A DNA stretch of 64,000 bases, taken from NCBI GenBank assembly GCA_016792865.1, contig JAEUMJ010000045.1, positions 3,960 to 67,959 on the forward strand. Direction: 5' to 3'. The notes beneath the pieces are model-generated. The model had not been told where the DNA came from. It was given only the letters and a program-made list of their open reading frames with translations, and did not search any database. The DNA comes from Hyphomicrobiales bacterium. GTDB taxonomy: Bacteria; Pseudomonadota; Alphaproteobacteria; Rhizobiales; Aestuariivirgaceae. Position numbers and translations under genes: made by a program. Each line of letters begins with the position of its first letter. The first letter of the stretch is position 1. Of the stretch, positions 8,491-17,225 are shown in pieces.

Positions 8491-9213
8491 ATGAAGAGCG
8501 CCGCCTATCGTCTTCCGGCCATGGACATCGAATTCCTGCTGGGTGATTCCACCCGCGGCATCCGCTTCCAGCTTGAATACCAGAAGGCCGAGGAGAGCCT
8601 GCGGAGCTGGGGCGTCGAGACCACCGTGGTCGTGTTCGGTTCGGCCCGCGTGAAGCCGGGTGCCGCCGATGGCTGGTACGACGGCGCCCGCGCCTTCGGG
8701 AAGATCTGTTCCGACGCGGGCGGTGCCAAGCACAAGGTGAAGCCCCTCTACAACGTGATCGCCACCGGCGGTGGCCCCGGCATCATGGAAGCCGCGAACC
8801 GGGGTGCGCATGATGCCGGTGCCCCGTCGATCGGCTATAACATCACCCTGCCGATGGAACAGGAACCCAATGCCTATTCCACCCCCGACCTCACCTTCCG
8901 CTTCCACTATTTCGCCATGCGCAAGATGCACTTCGCCATGCGCGCCGCTGCGCTTGTGGTGTTCCCCGGCGGGTTCGGCACCATGGATGAATTGTTCGAG
9001 CTGATGACCCTGCGCCAGACCGGCAAGATGACGAAGCCCCTTCCGGTCGTGCTTTACGATTCCGCTTTCTGGAAGCGCACCATCAATTTCCAGAGCTTTG
9101 TCGAGGCCGGGCTGGTCAGCCCCCATGACCTCGACCTCTTCACCTTTGCCGACACGCCGGAAGAAGCCTGGAAAAAGCTTCTCGACACCGGCCTTCCCAT
9201 TCCCAAGGACTGA
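8491..9213 (+). CDS. LOG family / TIGR00730-type Rossmann-fold nucleotide-binding protein (nucleoside 5'-monophosphate phosphoribohydrolase-like)
   Basis: Motifs ATGGGPGIMEAANRGA and VVFPGGFGTMDELFE (PGGxGTxxE). The track ORF begins at TTG 8404 and the first ATG is 8491. The start is uncertain. Confidence 0.7.
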   Translation: MKSAAYRLPAMDIEFLLGDSTRGIRFQLEYQKAEESLRSWGVETTVVVFGSARVKPGAADGWYDGARAFGKICSDAGGAKHKVKPLYNVIATGGGPGIMEAANRGAHDAGAPSIGYNITLPMEQEPNAYSTPDLTFRFHYFAMRKMHFAMRAAALVVFPGGFGTMDELFELMTLRQTGKMTKPLPVVLYDSAFWKRTINFQSFVEAGLVSPHDLDLFTFADTPEEAWKKLLDTGLPIPKD

Positions 9214-10874
9214 TGATGCTGAAACTCTCCTTTCACGGCGCCGCCCGCACCGTCACCGGCTCGAACTACCTGATCGAGACAGGCAAGGCCCGCGTCCTCA
9301 TCGACTGCGGCATGTTCCAGGGCGCAAGGACCGAGTCGGAACTGAACTACCGCGCCTTTCCCTATGATACCAAATCCATCACCGCGCTTGTGCTCACCCA
9401 CGCGCATATCGATCACACCGGACTGGTGCCGAAGCTGGTGAAGCACGGCTTCACCGGCCCCATCCATGCCAGCGAGGGCACGCGCGACCTCTGCGCGATC
9501 ATGCTGCCGGATTCCGGCTTCATCCAGGAAACCGAAGTGAAGCGCCTGAACGAGCGCAATGCCAAGCGCGGGCTTCCGGAGGTGGAACCCATCTACACCA
9601 TGGACGATGCGCTTGCGGCCATGAACCACTTCACCACCCATCGCATGGAACAGTGGTTCTCGCCCGCCCCCGGCATCAGGATGCGCTATTGGAACGCCGG
9701 CCACCTGCTGGGGTCCTGCTCCATCGAGGTCGAGGTCGAGCAGGACGGCAGGAAGCCCACCCGCCTGCTGTTCTCCGGCGACATCGGCCCCGACAACAAG
9801 CTGCTGGAACAGGATCCGGAAGCACCCAACAGCTTCGACTTCGTCATCTGTGAATCCACCTATGGCGGGCGTGACCGTTTCGAGCGCGAGCCTGAAAAGC
9901 GCCTTCAACTCCTGGCGAAGGAAGTGAGCGATGCCGCGAACCGTGGCGGCGTGCTGTTGATCCCGTCGTTCGCCGTGGAACGCACGCAGGAGGTTGTGAC
10001 GGATCTCGTCACAGTGATGGAGCGCGGCCTCGCACCCAAGGCCAACATCTTCATCGACTCGCCGCTCGCCAACAAGGCGACAGCCGTTTTCCGCAAGCAT
10101 GCAGAGGAGCTTGAAGGCGGTGCCGCCCTGGCGCGCGCCTTCGCCTCACCCTATGTGAAATCGACCGAGAGCGTGGACGACTCCAAGGCCCTCAATCGTT
10201 TCAACGGCTTTCATGTCGTCATCGCGGCCTCCGGCATGGCCGAGGCCGGGCGCATCCGCCATCACCTTCGCAACCGCCTGTGGCAGCGCTCCACCACGGT
10301 GCTGCTGGTGGGTTTCCAGGCCAAGGGTTCGCTCGGCTCGCTTCTCGAGGAAGGTGCCCGGCAGGTCACCATCATGGGCGACCAGATCAAGGTGGCGGCA
10401 ACCATCCGCCGCATCGAGGACTATTCGGGCCATGCCGATGGACCGGAGCTGGTGCAGTGGATCAAGGAGCGCCTGCCCGTGGGCCGCAGCATCTTCCTGA
10501 CCCATGGTGAAGAGGATGCGCAGGTGGCGCTGGCCGAAGACATTCGCGGCCTCGTTCCAGACGACTGCATCATCCGCCCCCGGCTTGACGATGTCTATGA
10601 TCTCACCGGCAACGCCTGCGCCCTTCTCAGCGAGGAGACCAAGCCGCGCATCGACCCCACCAGCGTTGCCAAGCTCGACTGGAACAATGACCTGCAATCC
10701 CTCATCCTCGACATCGGCGAGGAACTGAAGGGCGCGGCCGACGCCAGGAGCAAGGCGGTGATCATCCGCCGCCTGCGCCGGGCGCTGGCCGGCGAGAACG
10801 GCGCCGACACCGGCGCACAGGTCGGCAAGCCGGACGCGCCGCGGCATGGCAAGGCCCCGGCCATTGACCAATAG
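9213..10874 (+). CDS. MBL-fold metallo-hydrolase with beta-CASP / RNA-specificity domain (RNase J/CPSF-like)
   Basis: 553 aa. HxHxDH motif (LTHAHIDHTG), beta-CASP region, C-terminal YSGHAD and FLTHGE. The start ATG overlaps the LOG stop (TGATG). Confidence 0.8.
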   Translation: MMLKLSFHGAARTVTGSNYLIETGKARVLIDCGMFQGARTESELNYRAFPYDTKSITALVLTHAHIDHTGLVPKLVKHGFTGPIHASEGTRDLCAIMLPDSGFIQETEVKRLNERNAKRGLPEVEPIYTMDDALAAMNHFTTHRMEQWFSPAPGIRMRYWNAGHLLGSCSIEVEVEQDGRKPTRLLFSGDIGPDNKLLEQDPEAPNSFDFVICESTYGGRDRFEREPEKRLQLLAKEVSDAANRGGVLLIPSFAVERTQEVVTDLVTVMERGLAPKANIFIDSPLANKATAVFRKHAEELEGGAALARAFASPYVKSTESVDDSKALNRFNGFHVVIAASGMAEAGRIRHHLRNRLWQRSTTVLLVGFQAKGSLGSLLEEGARQVTIMGDQIKVAATIRRIEDYSGHADGPELVQWIKERLPVGRSIFLTHGEEDAQVALAEDIRGLVPDDCIIRPRLDDVYDLTGNACALLSEETKPRIDPTSVAKLDWNNDLQSLILDIGEELKGAADARSKAVIIRRLRRALAGENGADTGAQVGKPDAPRHGKAPAIDQ

Positions 10875-10934
10875 TCGCGGAACAAACGTTCCGGATACGT
10901 TGCCGCGGGCCGCCATCCGTGGTTGTCTGCCACC

Positions 10935-11762
10935 ATGTCCGATGTTGATACGCCGCGGGATTTTCCCGCCCTCCGCAGCCTGATCGTGGAACGCGCCGCG
11001 GATTTTCCGCGCCGCCTGACGCAGGTTGCGACCTACGCCCTCGAAAACCCCGACGACATTGCCTTCGGCACCGTCGCCAGCATTGCGCAGGCGGCCAGCG
11101 TGCAACCCTCCACCCTTGTGCGCTTTGCCCAGAGCCTCGGCTATCAGGGCTTCAGTGAATTGCAGGAGGTGTTCCAGTCGCGCCTGCGCGACCGCGTCCT
11201 GAACTATGACGAGCGGATCGTGCAGTTGCGCGAGCACACCCGCAAATCCGGCAAGGCGGGCCTCGTGTTCGATGGCTTCGCGGGCGCTGCCGAGCAATCA
11301 CTGGCGCGGATGCGGGAGAGGCTCGACACGGCGCAGCTGGAGGAAGCAGCCGACATGCTGGCTGGCGCCGAAACGATCTACCTGATCGGGCTCCGCCGCT
11401 CCTTCCCGATTTCAAGTTACATGGCCTACGCGCTGGGCAAGCTCGGCATCCGCTATGAGCTGGTGGACGGCCTTGGCGGCCTCGGCCACGAGCAGACGGG
11501 TTTCGCGACAGCGAAGGACGTGGCTGTCGCCATCAGCTTCACGCCCTATGCCAGCGAGACCGTGTCGCTGGTGAAGCGGATGGCGGAGCGCAAGGTTCCC
11601 GTGGTGGCGATCACGGATTCGCCGCTCTCCCCCCTCGCATCCATCGCCAGGGTCTGGTTCGAGGTGCAGGAAGCGAATTTCGAGGGCTTCCGCTCCATGG
11701 CGGCCACCATCACGCTGGCGATCAGCCTCACCATCGCCACGGCCGAGCGGCGTGCCCGTTAG
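10935..11762 (+). CDS. iolR: MurR/RpiR family transcriptional regulator, probable inositol catabolism repressor
   Basis: N-terminal HTH_6 (FGTVASIAQAASVQPSTLVRFAQSLGYQGFSELQ) plus a SIS domain (IYLIGLRRSFPISSY). It lies directly upstream of iolCDB. The track ORF begins at TTG 10923; the first ATG, at 10935, is used here. Confidence 0.7.
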   Translation: MSDVDTPRDFPALRSLIVERAADFPRRLTQVATYALENPDDIAFGTVASIAQAASVQPSTLVRFAQSLGYQGFSELQEVFQSRLRDRVLNYDERIVQLREHTRKSGKAGLVFDGFAGAAEQSLARMRERLDTAQLEEAADMLAGAETIYLIGLRRSFPISSYMAYALGKLGIRYELVDGLGGLGHEQTGFATAKDVAVAISFTPYASETVSLVKRMAERKVPVVAITDSPLSPLASIARVWFEVQEANFEGFRSMAATITLAISLTIATAERRAR

Positions 11763-11774
11763 ATAGAATATACG

Positions 11775-11797
11775 TTCCACTTGACATTCATGTGGAA
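11775..11797. promoter_or_regulatory. Inverted repeat TTCCAC-N11-GTGGAA with embedded TTGACA; candidate iolC promoter and IolR operator
   Basis: Seen in the AT-rich 84-bp iolR-iolC spacer. The adjacent GGAATTAATGTTTC is one mismatch from the GGAA-N6-TTCC motif that I recall being reported for the S. meliloti IolR. Confidence 0.35.
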
Positions 11798-11846
11798 TTA
11801 ATGTTTCGCTTCGGGTCAGTCCCGAAACACTGGAGATCGTCCCGCC

Positions 11847-13757
11847 ATGGCAGCGCAACCGGCAGCCCTCGATGTCATCACCATGGGCCGATGCTCCATT
11901 GATCTTTATGGCCAGCAAATCGGCTCGCGCCTGGAAGACATCGGTTCCTTCGCCAAGTCGGTGGGAGGCTCGCCGTCCAACATAGCGATCGGCACCGCCC
12001 GCCTCGGGCTGCGCTCCGGACTGATCACCCGCGTAGGCGACGAGCAGATGGGCCGCTTCGTGCTGGAGCAGATGAAGCGCGAAGGCGTTGCCACCCAGGG
12101 CATCGTCACCGACCCGGCCCGCCTGACCTCGCTGGTGCTGCTCGCCGTCGAAAGCGACAAGGCATTCCCGCTGATCTTCTATCGGGAAAACTGCGCCGAC
12201 TCGGCCCTGTGCGAGGAGGATGTGGACGAGGACTTCATCAGGGCGGCAGGAGCACTTCTCGTCACCGGCACGCATTTCGCCCGCGAGGTGAACGACAAGG
12301 CCCAGCGCAAGGCCATGGCGATTGCGAAGAAGCATGGCCGCCGCATCGTCATCGACATCGACTACCGCCCCAATCTCTGGGGTCTCGCCGGACATGGTGC
12401 GGGCGAGGAACGCTACATCAGGTCAGGGAAGGTGACGGCCCACCTGCAATCGATCCTCGCCGATTGCGACCTGATCGTGGGTACCGAAGAGGAAGTGCAC
12501 ATCGCGGGCGGCAGCGAGAACACGCTCGACGCCCTGCGCACCATCCGCTCGATCTCGAAGGGCGTCATCGTGCTCAAGCGCGGGCCGATGGGCTGCGTGG
12601 TCTATCCGGGCGACATTCCGGCGAAGCTGGAAGACGGCATCGTCGGCAAGGGCTTTCCCATCGAGGTCTATAATGTGCTGGGCGCAGGCGACGCCTTCAT
12701 GTCCGGCTTTCTCAGGGGCTGGCTGAAGCACGAGCCGTATGAGATCTGCGCCACATGGGCCAATGCCTGCGGAGCCTTCGCGGTGTCGCGGCTGCTGTGC
12801 TCACCCGAATATGTGACCTGGGAGGAATTGCAGGTCTTCCTCAAGACCGGCTCACCCCACAAGGCGTTGCGCAAGGATGAAGCCCTCAATCACATTCACC
12901 ACGTCACCACCCGGCGCACGGCCTGGCCGAAGCTTCTCGCCTTCGCCATCGACCACCGCAAGCAGCTGGAAGAGATGGCCGATGCGGCGGGCGCATCACG
13001 CGACAGGATCGCCCCTTTCAAGCGCCTCGCCATGCAGGCGCTGGGGCGCGTGGCAAACGGCAGGCCGGGATTCGGCACCCTTCTCGACGACACCTATGGC
13101 CGCGAAGCCATGTTCGACGCAGCACGGCTCGGACTCTGGGTGGGCCGGCCGGTGGAAAGGCCGGGGTCGCGCCCCCTTGCCTTCGAACACTCGCAGGATG
13201 TGGGATCGCGCCTCATCGAATGGCCGGTCGATCATTGCATCAAGTGCCTTGCCTTCTATCACCCCGACGATCCGCCAGCCTTGAAGCAGGAGCAACTTGC
13301 CACCTACCGCCAGCTTCATGAAGCCGCCCGCAAGGTCGGTCGCGAACTGCTGATCGAGATCATTGCCGGAAAGAACGGCCCCCTGGACCGCAACACCATC
13401 GCGCGCGCCATGCAGGAGATCTACGACATGGGCGTGAAGCCCGACTGGTGGAAGCTGGAACCGCAAGCCGAGCCGTCCGCCTGGGACGAAATCGGCAAGA
13501 CCATCGAACGCAATGATCCGCACTGCCGTGGCATTGTCCTTCTCGGCCTTGATGCACCGGAGGCAGAACTGGCCAAGGGCTTCACTGCGGTGGCCCACAA
13601 GCGCCATGTGAAGGGCTTTGCCGTGGGACGCACCATTTTCAGCGATGCCGCCCGCGCCTGGCTTGCGGGCAGCATCGACGACGAAACCGCCATCGCCATG
13701 ATGGCGGAGAAATTCGGCAACCTCGTGCGCATCTGGGACGATGCGCGCCGCGCCTGA
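11847..13757 (+). CDS. iolC: Bifunctional 5-dehydro-2-deoxygluconokinase / DUF2090 (putative 5-dehydro-2-deoxyphosphogluconate aldolase)
   Basis: 636 aa. N-terminal PfkB kinase (GAGDAF motif, VLGAGDAFMSGFL) fused to a roughly 300-aa C-terminal domain, as in rhizobial IolC. Followed by iolD and iolB. Confidence 0.85.
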   Translation: MAAQPAALDVITMGRCSIDLYGQQIGSRLEDIGSFAKSVGGSPSNIAIGTARLGLRSGLITRVGDEQMGRFVLEQMKREGVATQGIVTDPARLTSLVLLAVESDKAFPLIFYRENCADSALCEEDVDEDFIRAAGALLVTGTHFAREVNDKAQRKAMAIAKKHGRRIVIDIDYRPNLWGLAGHGAGEERYIRSGKVTAHLQSILADCDLIVGTEEEVHIAGGSENTLDALRTIRSISKGVIVLKRGPMGCVVYPGDIPAKLEDGIVGKGFPIEVYNVLGAGDAFMSGFLRGWLKHEPYEICATWANACGAFAVSRLLCSPEYVTWEELQVFLKTGSPHKALRKDEALNHIHHVTTRRTAWPKLLAFAIDHRKQLEEMADAAGASRDRIAPFKRLAMQALGRVANGRPGFGTLLDDTYGREAMFDAARLGLWVGRPVERPGSRPLAFEHSQDVGSRLIEWPVDHCIKCLAFYHPDDPPALKQEQLATYRQLHEAARKVGRELLIEIIAGKNGPLDRNTIARAMQEIYDMGVKPDWWKLEPQAEPSAWDEIGKTIERNDPHCRGIVLLGLDAPEAELAKGFTAVAHKRHVKGFAVGRTIFSDAARAWLAGSIDDETAIAMMAEKFGNLVRIWDDARRA

Positions 13758-13769
13758 AGGATCACACAG

Positions 13770-15623
13770 ATGAGCAAGACCATTCGCCTGACCACGGCAC
13801 AAGCCCTCACCCGCTTCCTCACGGCACAGATGACCATGATCGACGGCCGGAAGACGCCGGTCTTTGCGGGGGTCTGGGCCATCTTCGGCCACGGGAACGT
13901 GGCGGCGCTCGGTGAGGCGCTCTATCAGGTGCGCGAGCAGTTGCCGACCTATCGCGGACAGAACGAGCAGAGCATGGCACTGTCCGCCATCGCCTATGCC
14001 AAGGCCACGAACCGCAAGCGCATCATGGCGGCCACCACTTCGATCGGTCCCGGCGCCCTCAACATGGTGACGGCCGCTGCCGTGGCCCATGTGAACCGGC
14101 TGCCTGTCCTTCTCCTGCCCGGCGATGTCTTTGCCGGTCGCCGTCCCGATCCCGTCCTGCAGCAGATCGAGGATTTCGGCGACGGCACCATGAGCGTCAA
14201 CGATGCCTTCAAGACCGTTTCCCGCTATTTCGACCGCATCATGCGGCCTGAGCAGTTGATCCCTGCCCTCAACCGCACCATGGCGGTCCTGACCGACCCT
14301 GCAGAATGCGGCCCCGTCACCCTGGCGCTCTGCCAGGACACCCAGGCCGAAGCCTTCGACTATCCGGAGAGCTTCTTTGCCGAACGGGTCTGGAGCTTCC
14401 GCCGCCCGCGCCCCGATGAGGGCGAATGCGAGGCTGCGGTGACCGCACTGCGGGCTGCAAGGAAGCCTGTCATCATTGCCGGCGGCGGTGTCAACTTCTC
14501 CGAGGCCAATGCCGCCCTCGCCGCCTTCGCCGAACGTCACGGCGTTCCGGTGGTGGAAACCCAGGCCGGAAAATCCGCGCTGCCCTTCCTCAATGAACTC
14601 AACATGGGCGCTGTCGGCGTGACCGGAACCGCCGCTTCCAACACGGTGTGCGAGGAGGCCGATGTCATTCTCGCAGTGGGCACGCGGCTCCAGGACTTCA
14701 CCACCGCTTCATGGACCCTGTTCCGCAACACGGCAAAGACCATCATCGGCCTCAACACGCAGGTCTTCGATGCCACGAAGCATCAGGCCCTGCCACTGGT
14801 CGCCGACGCACGCGTCGGCCTTGAGGAACTGTCCGCACGACTCGGCAAGTGGTCCGCCCCCGCCACGTGGACAGCCATGGCCAGGAAGGCCCGAAGTGAC
14901 TGGATTGCGGTGGCCGACACCTACACGGCGCCCGGCAATGCCGAGCGCCCTTCGGATGCGCAGGTGATCGGCGCGGTGCAGCGTGCGCTTGGCCGTGATG
15001 TCATCGGCATGTGCGCCTCAGGCGGTCTGCCCGGTGAGATGCACAAGCTCTGGCAGGCGTCCTTCCCCGGCTCCTATCACATGGAATACGGCTTCTCCTG
15101 CATGGGTTACGAGATTGCCGGCGGTCTCGGCATCAAGATGGCGCGGCCCGACAAGGATGTCGTCGTCATGGTGGGGGACGGTTCCTACATGATGATGAAC
15201 TCCGAACTCATGACGTCGGTGATGCTGGGCCGGAAGATCACCGTGGTGCTGCTCGACAACCGCGGCTTCGGCTGCATCAACCGCCTGCAACACGCAACCG
15301 GCGGCGCGCGCTTCAACAACCTCTACGACCACAACGTGAAGCAGGATGTGGCGCCCGACATTGATTTCGCGGCCCATGCCCGCAGCATGGGTGCTGTCGC
15401 CATGAAGGTGAAATCGCTTGCCGAACTGGAGGCGGCGCTGCTGGACAGCCGCAGCAACACCCGCACGACGGTCATCGTCATCGACACCGACCCGATGCTC
15501 TCCACCGACGCGGGCGGCGCCTGGTGGGATGTGGGCGTGCCGGAAGTCTCGACCCGCCCCAGCGTGCTTGACGCCCATGCGAAATGGGCCGAAGGACGCG
15601 CCAAGCAGACACTCGGACACTGA
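13770..15623 (+). CDS. iolD: 3D-(3,5/4)-trihydroxycyclohexane-1,2-dione acylhydrolase (decyclizing), ThDP enzyme
   Basis: 617 aa. ThDP-binding motif GDGSYMMMNSEL...LDNRGFGCIN, plus iol operon context. Confidence 0.9.
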   Translation: MSKTIRLTTAQALTRFLTAQMTMIDGRKTPVFAGVWAIFGHGNVAALGEALYQVREQLPTYRGQNEQSMALSAIAYAKATNRKRIMAATTSIGPGALNMVTAAAVAHVNRLPVLLLPGDVFAGRRPDPVLQQIEDFGDGTMSVNDAFKTVSRYFDRIMRPEQLIPALNRTMAVLTDPAECGPVTLALCQDTQAEAFDYPESFFAERVWSFRRPRPDEGECEAAVTALRAARKPVIIAGGGVNFSEANAALAAFAERHGVPVVETQAGKSALPFLNELNMGAVGVTGTAASNTVCEEADVILAVGTRLQDFTTASWTLFRNTAKTIIGLNTQVFDATKHQALPLVADARVGLEELSARLGKWSAPATWTAMARKARSDWIAVADTYTAPGNAERPSDAQVIGAVQRALGRDVIGMCASGGLPGEMHKLWQASFPGSYHMEYGFSCMGYEIAGGLGIKMARPDKDVVVMVGDGSYMMMNSELMTSVMLGRKITVVLLDNRGFGCINRLQHATGGARFNNLYDHNVKQDVAPDIDFAAHARSMGAVAMKVKSLAELEAALLDSRSNTRTTVIVIDTDPMLSTDAGGAWWDVGVPEVSTRPSVLDAHAKWAEGRAKQTLGH

Positions 15624-15626
15624 ACC

Positions 15627-16430
15627 ATGCCATCCAAGCTTCTCGTCAGGCCCTCCCGCAAGACCGGCAAGGTGATCTCGGTCACACCCAGATCCGCCAA
15701 ATGGAAATATGTCGGGCACGATGTCTGGAAACTCGCTCCCGGCAAGCTGGCCAGGGGAGCGGAGAAGGCCCGCGAAACCTGCATCGTCTTCATTTCCGGC
15801 AAGGGCGAGGTGAAGGTTGACGGCAAGGCCATGGGCGTGATCGGCGAGCGCATGAACGTGTTCGATGGCAAGCCGTGGAGCGTCTATGTTCCCGCCGGCA
15901 GCGCCTGGTCGGTGAAGGCGGAGACGGATTGCGTCCTCAACATCTGCACCGCACCGGCGAAGAAGTCGGGCGCGGCCTTCGTGATCGATCCCGCCACTCT
16001 TTCCATCGAGACGCGGGGCGCCGGCTCCAACACCCGCTATGTCTGCAACATCCTTCCCGAACAGGACACGCGGGCGCAGAGCCTTCTCGTCGTCGAGGTG
16101 ATCACGCCCAACGGCTCCACCTCGTCCTATCCCTCGCACAAGCACGACAAGAACAACCTGCCGAAGGAGTCGCTGCTGGAGGAAACCTATTATCACCGCC
16201 TCAACCCGCCCCAGGGCTTCGCCTTCCAGCGCGTCTATACCGACGACCGCAAGCTGGATGAGGCGATGGCGGTTGAAGACGGCGACATCACCATGGTGCC
16301 GAAGGGCTATCACCCCTGCGCCACCATCCACGGTTACGACCTCTATTATCTCAACGTGATGGCAGGGCCGGTACGCACCTGGAAATTCAACAACCAGAAA
16401 GAACACGCCTGGCTGCTGGCGAGGACGTGA
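15627..16430 (+). CDS. iolB: 5-deoxy-glucuronate isomerase
   Basis: 267 aa cupin-like protein. SSYPSHKHD...EETYYH...GYHP is typical of IolB. Starts 3 nt after the iolD stop. Confidence 0.9.
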   Translation: MPSKLLVRPSRKTGKVISVTPRSAKWKYVGHDVWKLAPGKLARGAEKARETCIVFISGKGEVKVDGKAMGVIGERMNVFDGKPWSVYVPAGSAWSVKAETDCVLNICTAPAKKSGAAFVIDPATLSIETRGAGSNTRYVCNILPEQDTRAQSLLVVEVITPNGSTSSYPSHKHDKNNLPKESLLEETYYHRLNPPQGFAFQRVYTDDRKLDEAMAVEDGDITMVPKGYHPCATIHGYDLYYLNVMAGPVRTWKFNNQKEHAWLLART

Positions 16431-16454
16431 TCCCGCAACGGTCACCGCGCGCTG

Positions 16455-17225
16455 CTACCACCTGAACTCCGCCGCCAGGAAATCCGGCGCGGGATGGAGA
16501 TCCGCCTCCGCCACGCCGTCGCTCACGCCCTGCTGCACCAGCAAGGTCGAAAGACCGGCGGCGCGTCCGCCTGCCACGTCATGCTCCGCACTGTCGCCGA
16601 TGCACAGCACGCGCCCCGGGTTGCCGAGGAGGCTGAGGCAGTGGCGATAGATGCCGGAATGCGGCTTGCCGATCCATGTCACCTTGCCGCCCATCTCTTC
16701 ATAGAGCGCCGCGATTGCGCCCGGTGCAGGTTGCAGGCCCGATGGCGTGATCATCCACTTGTCGGGATTGCAGCAGAAGGCCGGAAGCGACACGCCCCTG
16801 AACATCTCGCGGTAGTCATCGAGCGAAAGGCGCGGCGCATTGGAACCGAGGATGAGCATCACCTCTGCCTTCGCCGGGTCGTCCACGAAGCGGATGGGAT
16901 CGAAGGCATAATCCTCGCCGTCCTTGCCGACCAGCCAGGCCGTCTTCACGTCGAGCAGCCGGAACGCCACTTCGCCGGAACTCACGCAATCGACAAAGTG
17001 CTCGCGCGGGATTCCCATGCGCACCACGCGCCGGGTGTTGGGCAAGGCCCTCTTGCCGGAATTGGTCATGATGATGACGGGAATGCCCAGCCCATGGAGT
17101 TCGGCCAGCGCCCTCGCCGCACCCGGATAGAGATGCTGGCCGTCGTGGATGACGCCGAACTGATCAATGAGCATGGCATCGAAATTGCCGGCGATGTCGG
17201 AGAGGCCGGCGATCCTACGCGTCAT
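16455..17225 (-). CDS. HAD-superfamily class IIA hydrolase (TIGR01459-like sugar phosphatase)
   Basis: C-terminal 256 codons of track ORF 16455..17573, starting MTRRIAGLSDIAGNFDAMLIDQFGVIHDG (DxxGV motif I). Also TNSGK and GDSAEHDVAGG. The start overlaps the upstream FGGY gene by 11 nt. Confidence 0.75.
   Translation of the reverse strand: MTRRIAGLSDIAGNFDAMLIDQFGVIHDGQHLYPGAARALAELHGLGIPVIIMTNSGKRALPNTRRVVRMGIPREHFVDCVSSGEVAFRLLDVKTAWLVGKDGEDYAFDPIRFVDDPAKAEVMLILGSNAPRLSLDDYREMFRGVSLPAFCCNPDKWMITPSGLQPAPGAIAALYEEMGGKVTWIGKPHSGIYRHCLSLLGNPGRVLCIGDSAEHDVAGGRAAGLSTLLVQQGVSDGVAEADLHPAPDFLAAEFRW

Noticed and set aside
7531-9126. 531-aa minus-strand ORF extending PPK2 upstream.
   Set aside because: The PPK2 homology starts at MAKTFAERF (8349). 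The upstream 259 codons are antisense to the LOG-family gene and have shadow-ORF composition.
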